64,000 nt of DNA from Phoronis australis (lineage: Eukaryota > Animalia > Phoronida). The position numbers were made by a program, and so were the translations under genes. The notes under the pieces were generated by a model that saw only the letters and a program-made list of their open reading frames with translations, had not been told where the DNA came from and made no database searches. The stretch is from contig NMRA01000547.1 of assembly GCA_002633005.1 (NCBI GenBank), positions 197,561 through 261,560 on the forward strand, given 5' to 3'. Of this stretch, positions 13,701 through 28,700 are shown in pieces (the stretch's first letter is position 1; every line of letters starts with the position of its first letter).

Positions 13701-16700
13701 GAAGTTTTATCTTGACCTGAATTTGAAAAACAAGGGAATTGAACTAAACTGAAAACTGTGGTTGGAGTAGAGACCAACACATCATGCTTTAATTCTATTA
13801 CCTCTTCGTAAAATTCAGGCGTAGTGTTGTGATGTAGAATTGCAACTGTAGCGGACATTGTGTACACCTGGCTGCCTGGCTGACCATATATACACTGCAA
13901 AAATCAAATCAGTCCAGATTATTATATACACTGCAAATGTCACGTCAATAAATTTTGATTGACCACTTTATAATACACTTATCTACAACCATAACGTCAA
14001 AAGATCAATTGTCCATTCATATAAACTCTACAAACTCATACCTCACTCTGGGTTCTGAATCATGGCTCAAAGATAGTCTCCAGTGCTCGGTTGCATGAAA
14101 CAGTCCCAAATAGAGACTCAACTAAGTTCCCTAAATACACTGCATATTTGTGGACTTGTCAAAACTTCCTTATCCATCCATATGCTGTTTGAGTATCAAT
14201 ACTAAGCCAATTGTCAGCTTTGATACAAATCGCAAGTAAACTCCACGTTGAATTTTCAATATTATTGAAAAGAAGTAGGGATCTTTTCATGCAATGCCTC
14301 TAATTAAAGGACACAGTCCCTAATTGTTTTGATTGAATTAAGGACTCAGTTTTCAGTTAAAGTATTTAGAAAATGTCAGTATTCAAAGACCAACTCATAA
14401 TAAAGATAAAATGACAGAAAATATCTTACATCTATGAGTAAAGAACGAAAAAATATGCAAATGACTTAGGGACCTCAGTTGAGTCCCTATTTGGGACTGT
14501 TTCATGTAATTGGCCACGGTGACCTGGTGGCGGAGTATTTATAGCAGCACTAATTGCAAATTGTTTGGTTAAACTATAGCTAAAAGCTTTTTTGTGCAGC
14601 CCCACGGATGATGACAACTCACTTGACCAACTTAACATCTCAGCATTCAAAACAAAAATTCCTGGACTCTCATCTGAGGCGAGTAGATTGGCAAAACTAC
14701 TCATCCTTGAGTGGTCTAGTAACATTCACCGCAACCTCCTCAGTGTTGCCCAGGATAACTTCTTGGAGCAAAATATCCCCAAACTCAAGAGTGAAAATAA
14801 TATCCCTAACCTCATAATTAAGGCAGAAATAATCCCAGGTTCAAGTGATCACAACATACCGCACTTGTCACTGAATTAGAGGTCAGTGCAATAGTACAGG
14901 CATAAGTTAAACAAAGGCTGAAAAAAGACTAACGATATAGTTCACCAGTAATGCATTCTATAAATAGACAAGCTAGTAGATTTTAACCATGTGACATGAA
15001 CAGACAATTTGTACCTAGTAACATGAACAGAAAATTTCAATTAGTGGCTGTGCCCTTGGCAACTGCGACAACATTCGCTACAATCCGTCCTTTTCAAAAT
15101 ACTCAAGACCCCGAGTTAGTCATAGTGGCATGCATTCATCAACACAACTTGTGTATGGGACTGTTTTCAGCTTGTCCAATATTTATTAGTGCATTACTGA
15201 GGTGACAAAAAAAGAGAGTGGATGGGATGCCCTTTTCACCACGATACACGTTTGTTTGAACTTATAGGTTTATTAAGCATGGTAAGTCATGTCTATGCCT
15301 TTGAAGACAACTTCTTAGGATAAGACTTCATCGAAGCAACTTGATAGGTGGGAGTCTCTGAAAGAACAGGGCTGCACTTAATCATTACAGCCAAAACGAA
15401 ATCCTTAACATTCACCGTCTATATCGATGACATCACCACTCCAACAATGGGAAACAACTCCAAAAAACATCCACTCCTACATCTAAAGCCTTAAAGAACC
15501 ATCAGAACTTTACTCCTTCAAAAAAGAGGTGTCCTTTAACATCGAAAAACAGAAGAAAGTAGAGAGCTTGAATAACCATTTCCCCAGTGTGTTTACAAGA
15601 AATTACACAGTACATGAATGAGTCCATATGGTTCAATGCCAGATATCACCTTGATCACATTTGATTTAGGCCAGAACAGAAGCACGAACTTTAAAATTAG
15701 CGCGTAAGAAAATAACGACATATCTATCCAACGTTTCGGATTATTACTCTAAACCATTGTCAAGGAAACAGTTCACAGACTCAAAACAGGTGACACAGGT
15801 AGAGAAGAGACTGTACAGGTAGAGAAGAGACTGTGCAGGTACACGTCAAAATGCAATGTGAGGGGGATAGACCAGAAGTTACAACAGTTGGAGCTCAAAT
15901 GAACCAATGTTTCTATTGAGGTAACGCTCAGCATGATTCAGTCGTATATGCATAGCCTCCTTTATGAGGAGTGAGGGTGGCATTATCCTTGTCAAGGATC
16001 TGAACACCCGAGCAATCTATGGGGTGACCAGTTGTCGATGAATGATTGAGAACAGCACTGTGTGTGTCTTTAAAGTGCTCTTTGACTCTGATGCTAACAA
16101 TCTTGTTCGTCATTCCAATGTAAAACCGTTCACAGTCACTACAGTTGAGTTGGTACATAACATGACTTCTTTGAGAATTACTCAATGGTGTTTTCAGTCT
16201 CGACAATGACATAAGTCTGTTTACAAGTTTGAAGATTGTTGCAAGTTGCAAACATGGAGCAATAGCTCCAAGTATTCTCTTAACCTGCCTCTCGACTACT
16301 GTTACCAAAATAGGGGAGAATGAGAAATACTTTCTTCAATTCAGGCCCATGACAAACATCTGCAGGTGTCCTGGATTTGTTACGTAATGACCTGTCAGTG
16401 CAAGATTTTATAAATGTTACAGGGTATCCATTTTGAATCAACAGGTTATTTAAAAATTCAGGTTCCCAGTCAAACATGTCAGAATTGCTACATATTTTAA
16501 AGGCCCGATTAATTAGACCATTGACCAGATATCACCTTCAATACTGAAGGCATCATTAAATTGTTATTTATAAGTACTGATATGAAACCAAGAACGAAAT
16601 GGACAACGCAAATCCATTCAGAGGTTAAAACACATCGTGAGCATGAGATCGAAACAGCGAAATGTCAAATTAAAGATCAAATTAATGAATTTGGGTGAGA

Positions 16701-19700
16701 TTTATCTCTTTTCACAACTTGCTGTGTTTGTGAACACTAAGTCACAAAGGCCCATGCCGCAACTCGAACTCGGTGCATTTGTTCTCACTCGTATGCATGC
16801 TGACGCACAACTCCCTCAGGATAAAAACTACATTTTGTTTTCATTCTCCCTGGCACCTTTCTATCCTATGAACACCTCAGTGACTCAATATTATGGTGAC
16901 TCAGTGAATGAAAGCACAGAATGCACATACAGAACTGCATTATGCCTGGTGGGAGATTCGATTAGAGAGACAGCCCTGTAAACTTTGATGGCGGATAAGC
17001 AGTAAACAAACTTCCATGCGATTGTACGATTCCAAGGTGGTTCTGCTAATTCTTTCCCAATACTCCACAAGAATGGCTCACTGCCAACATTTCTAAAACG
17101 ATGACTCTTGCTCAAAATTGTAGACAAACATCTCTGACATGCATTTGCTCAAAACTAATGGAACATATTGCAAGTAAAATCACGACCAGAGAGAAATAAT
17201 ACCTCGTATGAGTGAAAGCACAGTTTCAGATCCACGTAATCTGGCACCCACACTGACACTATTGTGCTTTTCACCCACTCAGTAAAATATATTCCAAAAT
17301 TCTTTGTCTATTTATGAACACCAAATGAGTGTCCTCAACAAAAAGCATAATAACTTAAAACCAAATGATGTCAGCCATAATGCACTTGGTTGGAAGACTG
17401 ATGTTACCTTTTAAACTAAACACACAGAGACAATATAACAAAACCGAAATGAAAGAATACATACTGGCTCATCATCTTACCCTGAGAGGCAAAGATCCCT
17501 CTTCATCAGAGTCCTTAAGCTCCATACAAATACCAATATTGCGTGCCTGTAAAGTGCAAAATTATAACTCAACCTCTCAGGATAAATCTCTGACCATTCA
17601 ACGACAGAAAATTATTTCTATCCCAAACAGTACTGACAAGTTAAATAAGTACGGTACGTAGTGTTGAAAATCTGACTCAAGCCTAGGCAATTACCATCGC
17701 CTATGTTGGCCCGACCAGAGGCTATGCAGCTCCTATAGGCACTCCATACGCCAGAAGCTTTTCGGCGAATTATGCCTCGCACCGACTAAAACATCAAAGT
17801 CACGTTGTTATAAATACCTTTTGCACATAGAGGAACACCTTAGGAGGTTGTCGATGTGTTTAATTCCTTCTAACTCGAACAAATACTCCCCTTATCAAAC
17901 TTTTTCTTCGAGCAGTCCCCATTTCAGTTCCCAAAATCGTGAACTCATTATTTTCACTCGGCGTACACCAAGACATATGACCTCATTCTTTTAACCAGGC
18001 CGAAGGTCAGAAGTTGCGGTCCTACCGGCGAACTTTGAAAGCTGAAATCCCCGCCCTCTGCGTACGTGCTGCTGGGAACCAGCCGTGCATTTGTCGTGTT
18101 GTTAATCATTAACTTGTCAAATATGTACACAAAGATTATTAAATGTCATATCAACAGCATTTTATTTTTATCAAATACAAACAATAATTCATTGAAATAC
18201 AATCAGTTTCAAGTAATGCCAATTAAAGACAACTAGAGGTGGCATTTTGGAAACGAACATTTGACTGACAAGACCGCAATGGCTCACCTTTGGCCTATTT
18301 AAAGATTGAGGTCATGAAGTCACATCACTTAGTGAGAGCGGTAAAAATTGGAGCATGCGCAGTATAAAAATGGTGAGTTCACGATTTTGGGAACTGCCCG
18401 AGTGACTGCTCGAACAAAAAGTTCGATAACAGAAGTATTTGTTCAAGTTTGAAGAAATTAAACACATCGACAACCTTCTAAGGTGTTCCTCTATGCGCAA
18501 AAGGTATTTATAACAACGTGACTTTGATGTTTTAGTCAGTGTGAGGCATAATTCGCCGAACATGCAGCATCTCCTGAAAATGGTTAAATATCATATTTGA
18601 TATTGTAGTTACCGAGGAATCGGCGCCTGAGTTGCAGATGATACAATATCTAGCAATTGAAAACTGAGACAGAACTGTCATATGATTAACATTGCTGTTC
18701 CAGATGTTACGATTGGGACCTGATTGCATGTTGAGTGTTATTTACACTGCTGCAATTGTATTGCTTTTAATTATTTTCGGAAAGTTTGATGATCGAACCA
18801 ACTAGCGACATCGAGCCTACATTGACCTATGTTTTGAACTTTCCATGTCAGAGGTCACCGTTGAAGTAGTGCGGGAGGTGAATACAGAAAACATTATTAC
18901 ATGGCAGTATTGCACTCGACTGATTCAACGCTTATGGGATAAATTTGCATATCAAGATTAGTGTAAATGCATAATTTGGACAGATTTAGTTGAAACGGGT
19001 TGTGTAGCAACTGAATACGCAATTATCTATTTATTATTGTGATATTTAAAATGAGGGTGGCCTCTTCAGTGATAGCACTGCTTTCCAAGAGGGCCCTCAA
19101 CAAGAAAAACAGTAACAAAAGAACAATGAAATATACGTAACAAAGATACAAATAAAACAGGTTGAGAATTAAGACATTAACTAAATAACGTATAATGGTA
19201 AAAATTTAACTAAGACAGATGAAATAAATTAAGAGTTGACTAGACAGTGAGAGTATTTACGACAATGAAAAAATGACATGATTAAGACAGGCAGGGTATA
19301 AAAAGTTAGGTAAATTACAGCCACATTAATATTTATTTACTTTTTAATATTTACTTTAAAGGTAGTGATTGAATTGGACCGTTTAATTTCTGGGCTAAGA
19401 GAATTCCATATTATAGCAGCTGCATAGATAAAAGATCTCTTGCCCAACTCGGTTTTAATTTTTTTAGAAGAAACATTGCCAGCAACAGAAGAACGTGTAA
19501 AATATACAGCCTGACTGATATTGAATTTACTGCTGAGATATGCTGGAGCCAAGCCATTGATACATCTGTACATACAACTGGCAGAGAGATATTTATTTCT
19601 TTGTCTTACTTTCATAAATCCCAGCTTGGAATACAAGTCGTCAACCCTAGTGTCCCTAATTCTAGTACCCAGGATAGCCCTGGCGGCTCCATTTTGGATT

Positions 19701-22700
19701 ACTTGGACTTTGCTGACAAGTGCGTCACTAGTGTGCCCCCAAACCGCTAAACAATAATCAATATGAGGCTGAATAATAGAATGGTAAAGGGTCTTAAGAG
19801 TACTGACATTAAGAAATTTGCCTAGACGTTTAAGTACACCGATTTTCTTTGATAATTTCTTTGTGATATGATCTATGTGCACATTAAATTTAAGATTGGG
19901 ATCTAAAATAAGGCCCAAGAACTTAAACTTCGTCTAGTCAACATTCTCGATGGGAGAACCGGTGATAGAAAGGGATAGTTTTAATTTCTGGTGGGTTCCA
20001 AAGAGCATCGACTTGGTTTTACTAACGTTAAAAGTGAGTTTATTTTGAATCAGCCAGTCATGGATAAGGGCTAGCTCATCGTTGAGAGAAGTTTCGAGTT
20101 CTTTTACTGATCCAGCGGAGGACATAATTACAGTGTCATCAGCATATAAAACTGGGACACTGTTGTGCATGACGCAGAGGGATTCCATTTACAAAGTCAG
20201 TGTTTCCTCATTTGAAACAGCCAAGAACCACACTACACTGACAATTTAACGAGCCCGGTGTCAAAATGGCAACTGCCTACCATCTGCCCTTGCTAAGAGG
20301 CAAGCTTGTTAACTGCATGTGGTCATTGCACTCTCACATCGTCATCCATGAGCAACAACACACAGCAACTAGTGCTGTCTGCACCCTGGAAATGTTTTAC
20401 TGACACAATGTTCAATGTTTACTGGACTCATGGCAAGGTTTGGCTATAGATGAATGAATTTTTACATATCGTGAGTTGTATTATAAAAACATGATAACTG
20501 ATTTTTCTTTGAAAACGGATCATTTTATACGAACAAAGAGAAACATGAAAATCCTTTAGTTATAGCAATTTATCATGGGTACATGCATCTTCCATCACAC
20601 ATCATGCATTATTATTGTTTGGCCATAAGGAGAAAGGATGTGCCCTTTTAAAGGGACACACCAGACAAATAACAATGATTTTCAAGCTTGCATAGGTTCT
20701 TGATTATGTCTTTGAGTTGCATACATTACAATAAAACAAAATAATGTTACCAAAGAATACCTTAGTAAAACTTATCAAGTTTTGCAAGAATGCTCTTGAA
20801 CACAAAGGTTTTGGAACTTAAATTCAAGAGCAGTATTTGAACACTAGAGCTTTGGCCTTTGCAGCACACATTCAGCAACTATTCAGTTAATTCAAAATGA
20901 ATGGCCATTTCCCAAATAATTGCTCATATACTTGGTATGAAACTCTTATAGTTCAAAATACTTTGTACACGCATTTATGATAATACGTTCGTAGTACTAA
21001 ATTAAGAGACAAGAGCATAATTAGACATTTTTAAAGTCAAACAGTTACCACACATTGTGACTGAGCTGCTTACGAACCTTAGGGAAAGACTTCTGGCTGT
21101 CATACTTTAGAGAACGTGGATAGACATAGAGATTATTGACGTAGGTGTCGTATGAAAATGCAGTCTTAATATCACCCTCTTGCAGGAACTCTTCAACCTC
21201 ATACGTAATTGGCTGCTTGGGTGGTGATGGAAATGGACTAACGGGAATGAGGGATGGTGTGACACAGTCTGCAAGAAGATGTATAAAATGTTACATTTTT
21301 GTTATTTATTTATTATAGTGACATAGGGATGACAGTGAATAACAAGTACATATTCACCAAAACCCACCAGTCTCAATGGGCTTACTCAGACACCTTGTAA
21401 CAATTAAACCATAACATAATATAATGCACACACTCAAGGTAAATCTGACAAAGTTTACAAACAAATAATTACTTATAATCCCACTAACCAGCAAAGCATC
21501 TTGAAAGAATTTTGCTATACCTTTCAAATCAGTTTGGAATATTTGAGGTAGGGCAGAACTTCGCATTAAAAATGGTCGAATATGAGTACATTTTTCACAA
21601 TCAAAGATGAAATGTACTTCATCTTCAATTCCGTGCTTACAAACACGACAAATTCATTCATTTACAGGAGTTCCGAAGTACCACCCCACCTCAACCTCCA
21701 ACGGTAGCATACCTGCTCTCAATCGAGCTATGATGGACCACTGAGACACCAACAGACATAAAATACTCTTCTATACAATAATCCTTCTTAACTGACCTAC
21801 ATGACTGTGCACAATTTTGGTTTCTCAGTGATTATTTCAAACCAGTTTAACTCTTCTAACTGTAAACTGAATGCTTTGAAGCTTTTGAGAAACATTGATT
21901 TGTTCCTAACATTTTCTAAAAAATCGCATTAATTTTAAGTATTGAACTGGACCAATACCTAGCATTCTGATGTTTAAGGTCCCATAAAAAGACTTTGTAA
22001 TTATTCTGTTTTCATCCATTAGAACTAAACGATTCCAAAGCCTTTTAGCATATTTTCATGTTGTTAGAGTGAATTTGGCCATCCTGAGTCACCATAAAGG
22101 ACTCCATTGGCAGCGTACCAAGCACCCCTAAAAATATGCGTAGCACTCTCTGATCATTTAGCATTTGGAATACCTAGAGTATCTAGATACATATTCTAGA
22201 ACTGAAGCTACCGACATTCCAAGTTGAAACCAATGTTACCAAATATGTTTGCTCATCAGTGCTCCCAATGTTCTGGACACTGAGTCTGCCAGTATCTCAG
22301 CTGTCAAACTGAAGTCCATAAACTCATTCAGAGATACACCCAGATACTTATAACATTCTCTTCACAATGCGATTGCGCAAAATAAATTCAAAGCTCGAAA
22401 ATGAACCACTGCAGTTTTGGAAAAATTAGTAGACATTTGCCAATTCACCAACTACTCATTCCATTCAGTAAATCCTGTAAGTAAATCTCATTACCAGAAA
22501 AATCATAATGTCGTCTGCATACAAGAGACAGGATAAATTATATCTATCAAAATTTATACCTTTGCTACAACTGTTGAAAGTGTTAATTAAATAATTTATG
22601 GAAACTGAAAACAATGTATGTGACAATGAATCTCCTTCCTGATCTCACTTTGTACTGGGAACCAGTTGGTATAACTAGACTCACATAATTATACACAGGC

Positions 22701-25700
22701 GCATACAGCGATTTTACTGAAAGATAAAAATTTCCAACCACTCCCAAATTAATTAATTTTGCTAATTAAAAGTTTCTATCTGAATTGTCAAAAGCCCATT
22801 CCTTAACGACGGCAAACGTTGGTTACTGGTATTCCATTTCTCACAACAGAGAGAAAACGTGATCAAGACAAGACTGCCCTTGTTGAAAAACATTTTGTTC
22901 TTCAGTCTCCATTCGACAGAAACTCGGTTCATCTCTTGATTTACAATACACTTTACTCAGGTTTAAGAACAGACTAATGCCTCTATAGTTGGAAGGTAAA
23001 TTCAAATCCCTATCTGATCCTTTCAGTAGAAGGGAGTTACATGTTCATCTTACATGTCACAACTGAAACATGACACCTGTTGAGCATACACAGCAGGAAT
23101 GTGCATGCAATAAATATGAAAAGTGACCGTAAAGTCAAACTAAGACAAGCACAGGGTGACCAAATTGTCCCCTGCCATTTTGGGAAGCATGCATTTTTGT
23201 GGCTACAATTTTTGTGTAAAGATAAACCAGATGAGCACTTTTGCAAAAATTTTGTTTCCAACATATTTGAAAGTGATCATTCAATTACACAACCCATAAT
23301 TTTCATATCAGAAATTTTCACTTTAAAAATGAATTACAATATGGAGTTTGAAGTGACCGTAGCTTTAACATTTCTCATAATAACCAAGATAACCAAATTC
23401 AACTGGCACCTGGAGACATCCCACCTGAAACGTGGTAAAAAAATACGAACAAGATATAAAGCTTCCTTCTTGAGACAGAGTGTCGGCAACATCCACTATA
23501 AAACTCTTGAATGGCAGACTTTTCATATAGGTGCTTTCTAGAGCAATCAGAGCACAAAAGTGACTTCCGCTTGATCCTGATTCAGATTGGGTGTACAGAA
23601 CTTTAATGACTACATAGTCATTCATTAATCTCAAAACAGACGAATAAATCCCAATGTCAACCCCTCCCATTGTTTGACTAGTACATATTTATATTGACTA
23701 CAGTAATTTATTATAGCTTTTTGACATCGGCTGGGATCAAAATGTTCCTGCTTTATCAGTGGAAGCCACTGACTTCACAAGGGCAAGTATTCTTCTGAGA
23801 AATGAAAGGAACTTGATGTCCTTCACCACGAATGGTTATTTCAAGAGGATTAATTACCTTTTCCGTAAGCTGTTAGTACACCCTACTGCACAGCAGTCTA
23901 AATTTACCCGCATTATGATAAGAGGAAAGGCATAAACATACTATTTATACCAGTAAGTTGAAACTTCCTCTCTACATTACATGTGCTCTGTAGGTGGCAA
24001 TGAACACCTGTCCGCCAAAGACCTGATCACTGTCAGACAGGATAGTGAATTTCAACAAGGCACGGTTATTCAAAAAATCAGCTATTTCTCGCTATTAGCT
24101 TGGAAAAAGGTCAAGGATGCCAAAACCAACTAGCGCTTGGAGATTTCCAACCTACACCTTGCTATAAAACACGAATGAAATGCAAAGCTTCCTTCTTGAG
24201 ATATCAAACCAACAACATTTTCCAATTCGAACTCTAAATTTCTCGATATGATGTTGAAAATTATGTCAAGGTTACCAACTGGTGCCTAGAGTTACTCCAC
24301 CTATACCTCGCCAGCAAATTATCAACATATCTACAGCTTTCTTTCATGAGATATTGCCTTAAGAGCATTTTCCATGTCAAAATTCACTGTGACCTTGAAA
24401 AAGGTCACCAAATTTAAGTGGCACCTGTACTTATCCCATCTACACCTTGACACAAAATATGAACAAAATCTGAATCATTGATCCTGGGATGTGCCGTCAA
24501 TGACATTTTCAATTCAAAACTTGATTTTTTTTACTATGATCTTGAAAATTATGTCAAGGTCACCAATATCGACTCGCATCTGGAGTGGACTTACCTACAC
24601 GTTGGTACAAAATATGAGCAAAACCTAAAGCTTTATTCTTCAGGTAAGCTGTTAACATTATCTCAAGTCAAGTGATTTTCTCGCTCTGATCTGATGATGA
24701 CAAAGGTCACCAAAATCAACTGGTGTCTATACACTGTACTGTGGTATTCAGGCTTGTTTTGGGCAATAAATACTTTTATGGTTTGACAATGGACAGTAAA
24801 CATGTTAATTGATGAAATCTATTAGCAGATTTCATGAAGGTTGGCAACAACCTCAAAGAACCAGCTGTAGATGCCACGACATAAGTGAGCAGATGAAAAG
24901 TTACCACTTACTTGGAGGGGGCTGTCTCAAAGGCTCCAATTTTAAGTGTAGCGTGCCATGAACCACTTGCCATTTGGATTGCTTCTCTGGCCTAGGAGTT
25001 GACGAAGTGAAGAATTATTCCATAAACAGTACAACAAAAACAGTGTATAGCATTCATATGCACCCCTTGTATGCATTGCAAATGATAAGAATTAGGGGTG
25101 CATAATAAATAAATACTATAACAATGACCATAAAATCTAACATGACACAATGAGGGAAATGGAATTCAGAATACATCAAAATTTATTGACACCAGCACCT
25201 AAATAAGACTAAACATTGTTTTAATCGCTTATATCTTTTTTATCTACCTGAAGTACCTGAATATTTTAATGGCAAGTGTTAGCTTTTTGAAGGAATTTTT
25301 TGGTCGGTTTGCCGTATACTTACTCCGACAGGGTAATTACTTGATGAAATTAAATTTCTCCAAGTATGCTGCTTTGTCATAAAATTTGTTTTTTTTTTGT
25401 TTTTCCGTTTGTTTCTAATTCAAACACTACTGATTGCAATTCTTATTGATCAACGTAAAATTTACATTCAATACGTCTTGTGAATGGCTCGAAACCTATT
25501 GTTTTTAGTCATGATAGGATTCAAGATGGCAGATGTGGCGACCGCTTTGTTTTTGAATTCAGATTTATGTGCTCATAGACGCCGCATTTTTTGATGTACA
25601 CGTCCAGAAACCTCTATGATTATTGTAGCAGACGTGTACTAGACATTTGTTGTAAATCATTAACTTACAGTCAAAGATGGTGGAAATATCGGCCATTGCG

Positions 25701-28700
25701 TTTGAGCATGACAAAAACATTGTAGAACCAATTCCTTCGAAATTTTTCATAAATGTTAGTTTCCTGTGAATAACTATTATTGAGTGCTTTTTAAACAAAA
25801 GTTGTTTTCAAATTGGCAGATCTGACACATTTTCATCATTTTTCAATTGTGCAGGTGTGCTATTTTGAACAGGACGAGCAAATGACGTGAATTTTTGCAG
25901 GATTCTTTGAAGTATACTCTTTCAAATGAATGTAACAATTTTCTTCTCATAACATTTTTGAGTTATTTGAGTTCAATTTAAAAAAAACAATGCAAAATTT
26001 GAAAGTTTTCAAAAATTTTGTGTAATTTTGTGAAAATACTTAAATTGTTCATTGGATGGTTTTGAATGGGCTTTCAGAAGATGTTATCCATTTTTGCTAG
26101 GACGTTTCTTTCTTGAACTATTCACGATTTTCTGATAAAGTTGTTCCTTTGTTGACTGATTTTTGCTTCAAGTTTGTTGATTTTTTGTTAGTTTCTTGGT
26201 TTGCACGCTACAGATAGCAATTTTTATTGTATCAGCATAGGGGTTACGATTATTTGTGTTCTTGGTTTAGTTGTCGATCTCACCTATAATTTTTTTTAAA
26301 TTTCTTTCACCAAGTGTCGCTCTTCAAAGTGCTTTCAAAACTTGATAAAATGAAATTTCACCATTTTTGAGTTATTTAGCTTTCAGAAGATGTCTTCATT
26401 TTTTGCTAGGACGTTTCTTTTTCGAATAATTCAGGACTTTCTCATAACGCTGTTCCTTTGTTGACAGATCTTTATGTACTTTTGTTGGTTTACCTTCTAT
26501 TGAACAAGCCCATATTTCTTATTCATTTCTGACATCTTCATTCATCATGTTCATCATTGCCACCATCATTATCATCATTGTTGTTATCATCTCCATTGTT
26601 GTCTTTTCAGTCAATTTCCACAAGTGCCACTCCTCCGAGCACTTAAGAGTGACTCCGTATAACAAGAGCAACGCAGAGCATTGAAATGCGCCCACAAATG
26701 CATCGCAAATGGTGTGCTTTTAGGGTTGTTCATTTGTGTCATAAAAATGGCCACTAGATGGCGCAAAAATGTACAATCCATCCAAAAACGGTAAAATGCC
26801 ATTGCTTCCTTAATAGAAAGCTATACACCAAATTTCATAGAAATCCGTCACGGAACTTCAGAGAAACAATGTAAAACAGAATAAAATGAAATTGCTACTA
26901 GGGGACACACTGTTCATTGGATCCACCTGAAAGTCGTCATTGTCTGTTTTTAGCTTCATATAAATACACTTACTTATTAAATCTAATAAAGATCATGCAG
27001 TGGGTTTAGTAAATACAGCTATGGGCGCAAAACAAAACAAAACAGAACAAAACTACCACTAGGAGGCGCCACAGTAGTCAAAGTTGTCGTCCTCAACCGT
27101 CATCTTCACACTGAGAACATATACGCCAATTTTCAAAATCATCCTCAAAATGATTTGGTTGATAGAGGGATAAACGCCAATAAATAGACTAGGTGCCGCA
27201 AAATACCTCGATTCCATCGGAAAACGAGAGGATAGCATCATCTCACCAACTGATGACCGTATTCAAAATTTTATGAAAATCCGTTGAGGACCTTTGAAGA
27301 TACAGAAGTAAAAGTAAAACTAAAATTGCCACCAGGGGGCACACCAGTAGTCAAATCCATTCAAAAATCATCGTCGTCTGTTGTCAACATCATATAAACA
27401 CACTTGTTTAAGTTAGTAAAGATCTTGCAAACGGTTTAGGAGATACGGCCATGGGCGAAAAAAACGAAACTGCCACTAGGAGGCGCCAAAGTAGTTGAAG
27501 TCATCAGAAAATCATCGTCACGTATCCACTTCATAGTAAAAACACACATGCCAATTTTCACAATTATCCTGAAAGCGGTTTGGTTGATAGAGGGGTGGAC
27601 GTCAAAAAACAGACCCCAAAACAGTAAACATGGCCACTAGGTGGCGTAAACTAGGTCAAATCCATCTGAAAACGGAAAGATAGAGTCATATCACTAACAG
27701 AAACTTGTACACCAAATTTTATGAAAATATGTTGAGGACCTTTGAAGATACAGAGGTAAACATAAAAAAATAAAATTGCCACTAGGAGGCACACCAGTAG
27801 TCAGATCTGTCCGAAAGTCATTGCCATCCGTTTTCATCATCATATAAATGCACTTACTAACTTTTGTAAAGATCCTGCAAACAGTTCAGGAGATATAGCC
27901 ATAGGCGCAAAAAAAACTGCCACTAGGAGGCGCCACAGTAGTCAAAGTCATCGGAAAATCATCGTCAACCGCCCTCTTCATAGTAAGAACATACTTTCCA
28001 GTTTTCAGAATCATGCTTAGAGCTGTTTGATTGATAGAGGGGTGGACGCTACAAAACAGACTCGAAAACAGTAAAAATGGCCACTAGGTGGTACAAATTA
28101 CGTCGAATCCATCGAAAAACGGGAGTTTGTCTGTAAACTCTGCTCATCATTTCCAAACTAGACAGTTTTGCAAGACAACTTTCATTAAATGTAAAGTTGA
28201 GGCAAGATATTTTCTTGGTTAGTCATCAAGACTTACTTTTTATCTATAAGTTCAAAAAGCTACATAAAACTACAAGGTGCAATATGGCAGTAAGAGGGTC
28301 ACAAAAATGGCCACTAAAATTAACTAGGAAAAGTGGTCTGTGGATTATCTCCCCTGTCTAGTCAAATTTGAGTAAATGCCAAATAAGTTTTTACAGCATG
28401 CATTGGTTATTCCACCCACAAGTACAACTTTCAATCTATTTTTTAAGTTACTTATTTTCGTTGCTGAAAACATACAATTTTGGAGACAGCTAACATGACC
28501 AATTGCGATCTAGTGCTCCAGCGACGAAATTAGAAGTCACTGAGTGCACAAAATGTGGCATTTAGATTTTTGTTAGGAGACAATGTTACTTCAAACTGGA
28601 AGTGTGACGCTGTGAGCAAGTCAACCAATGCAAGCACTGTGTGTCTGACTGGCTGAATCGCTGATCTTGTCGTTTCAGGCACCATTGCTCAAGTCAAAGG

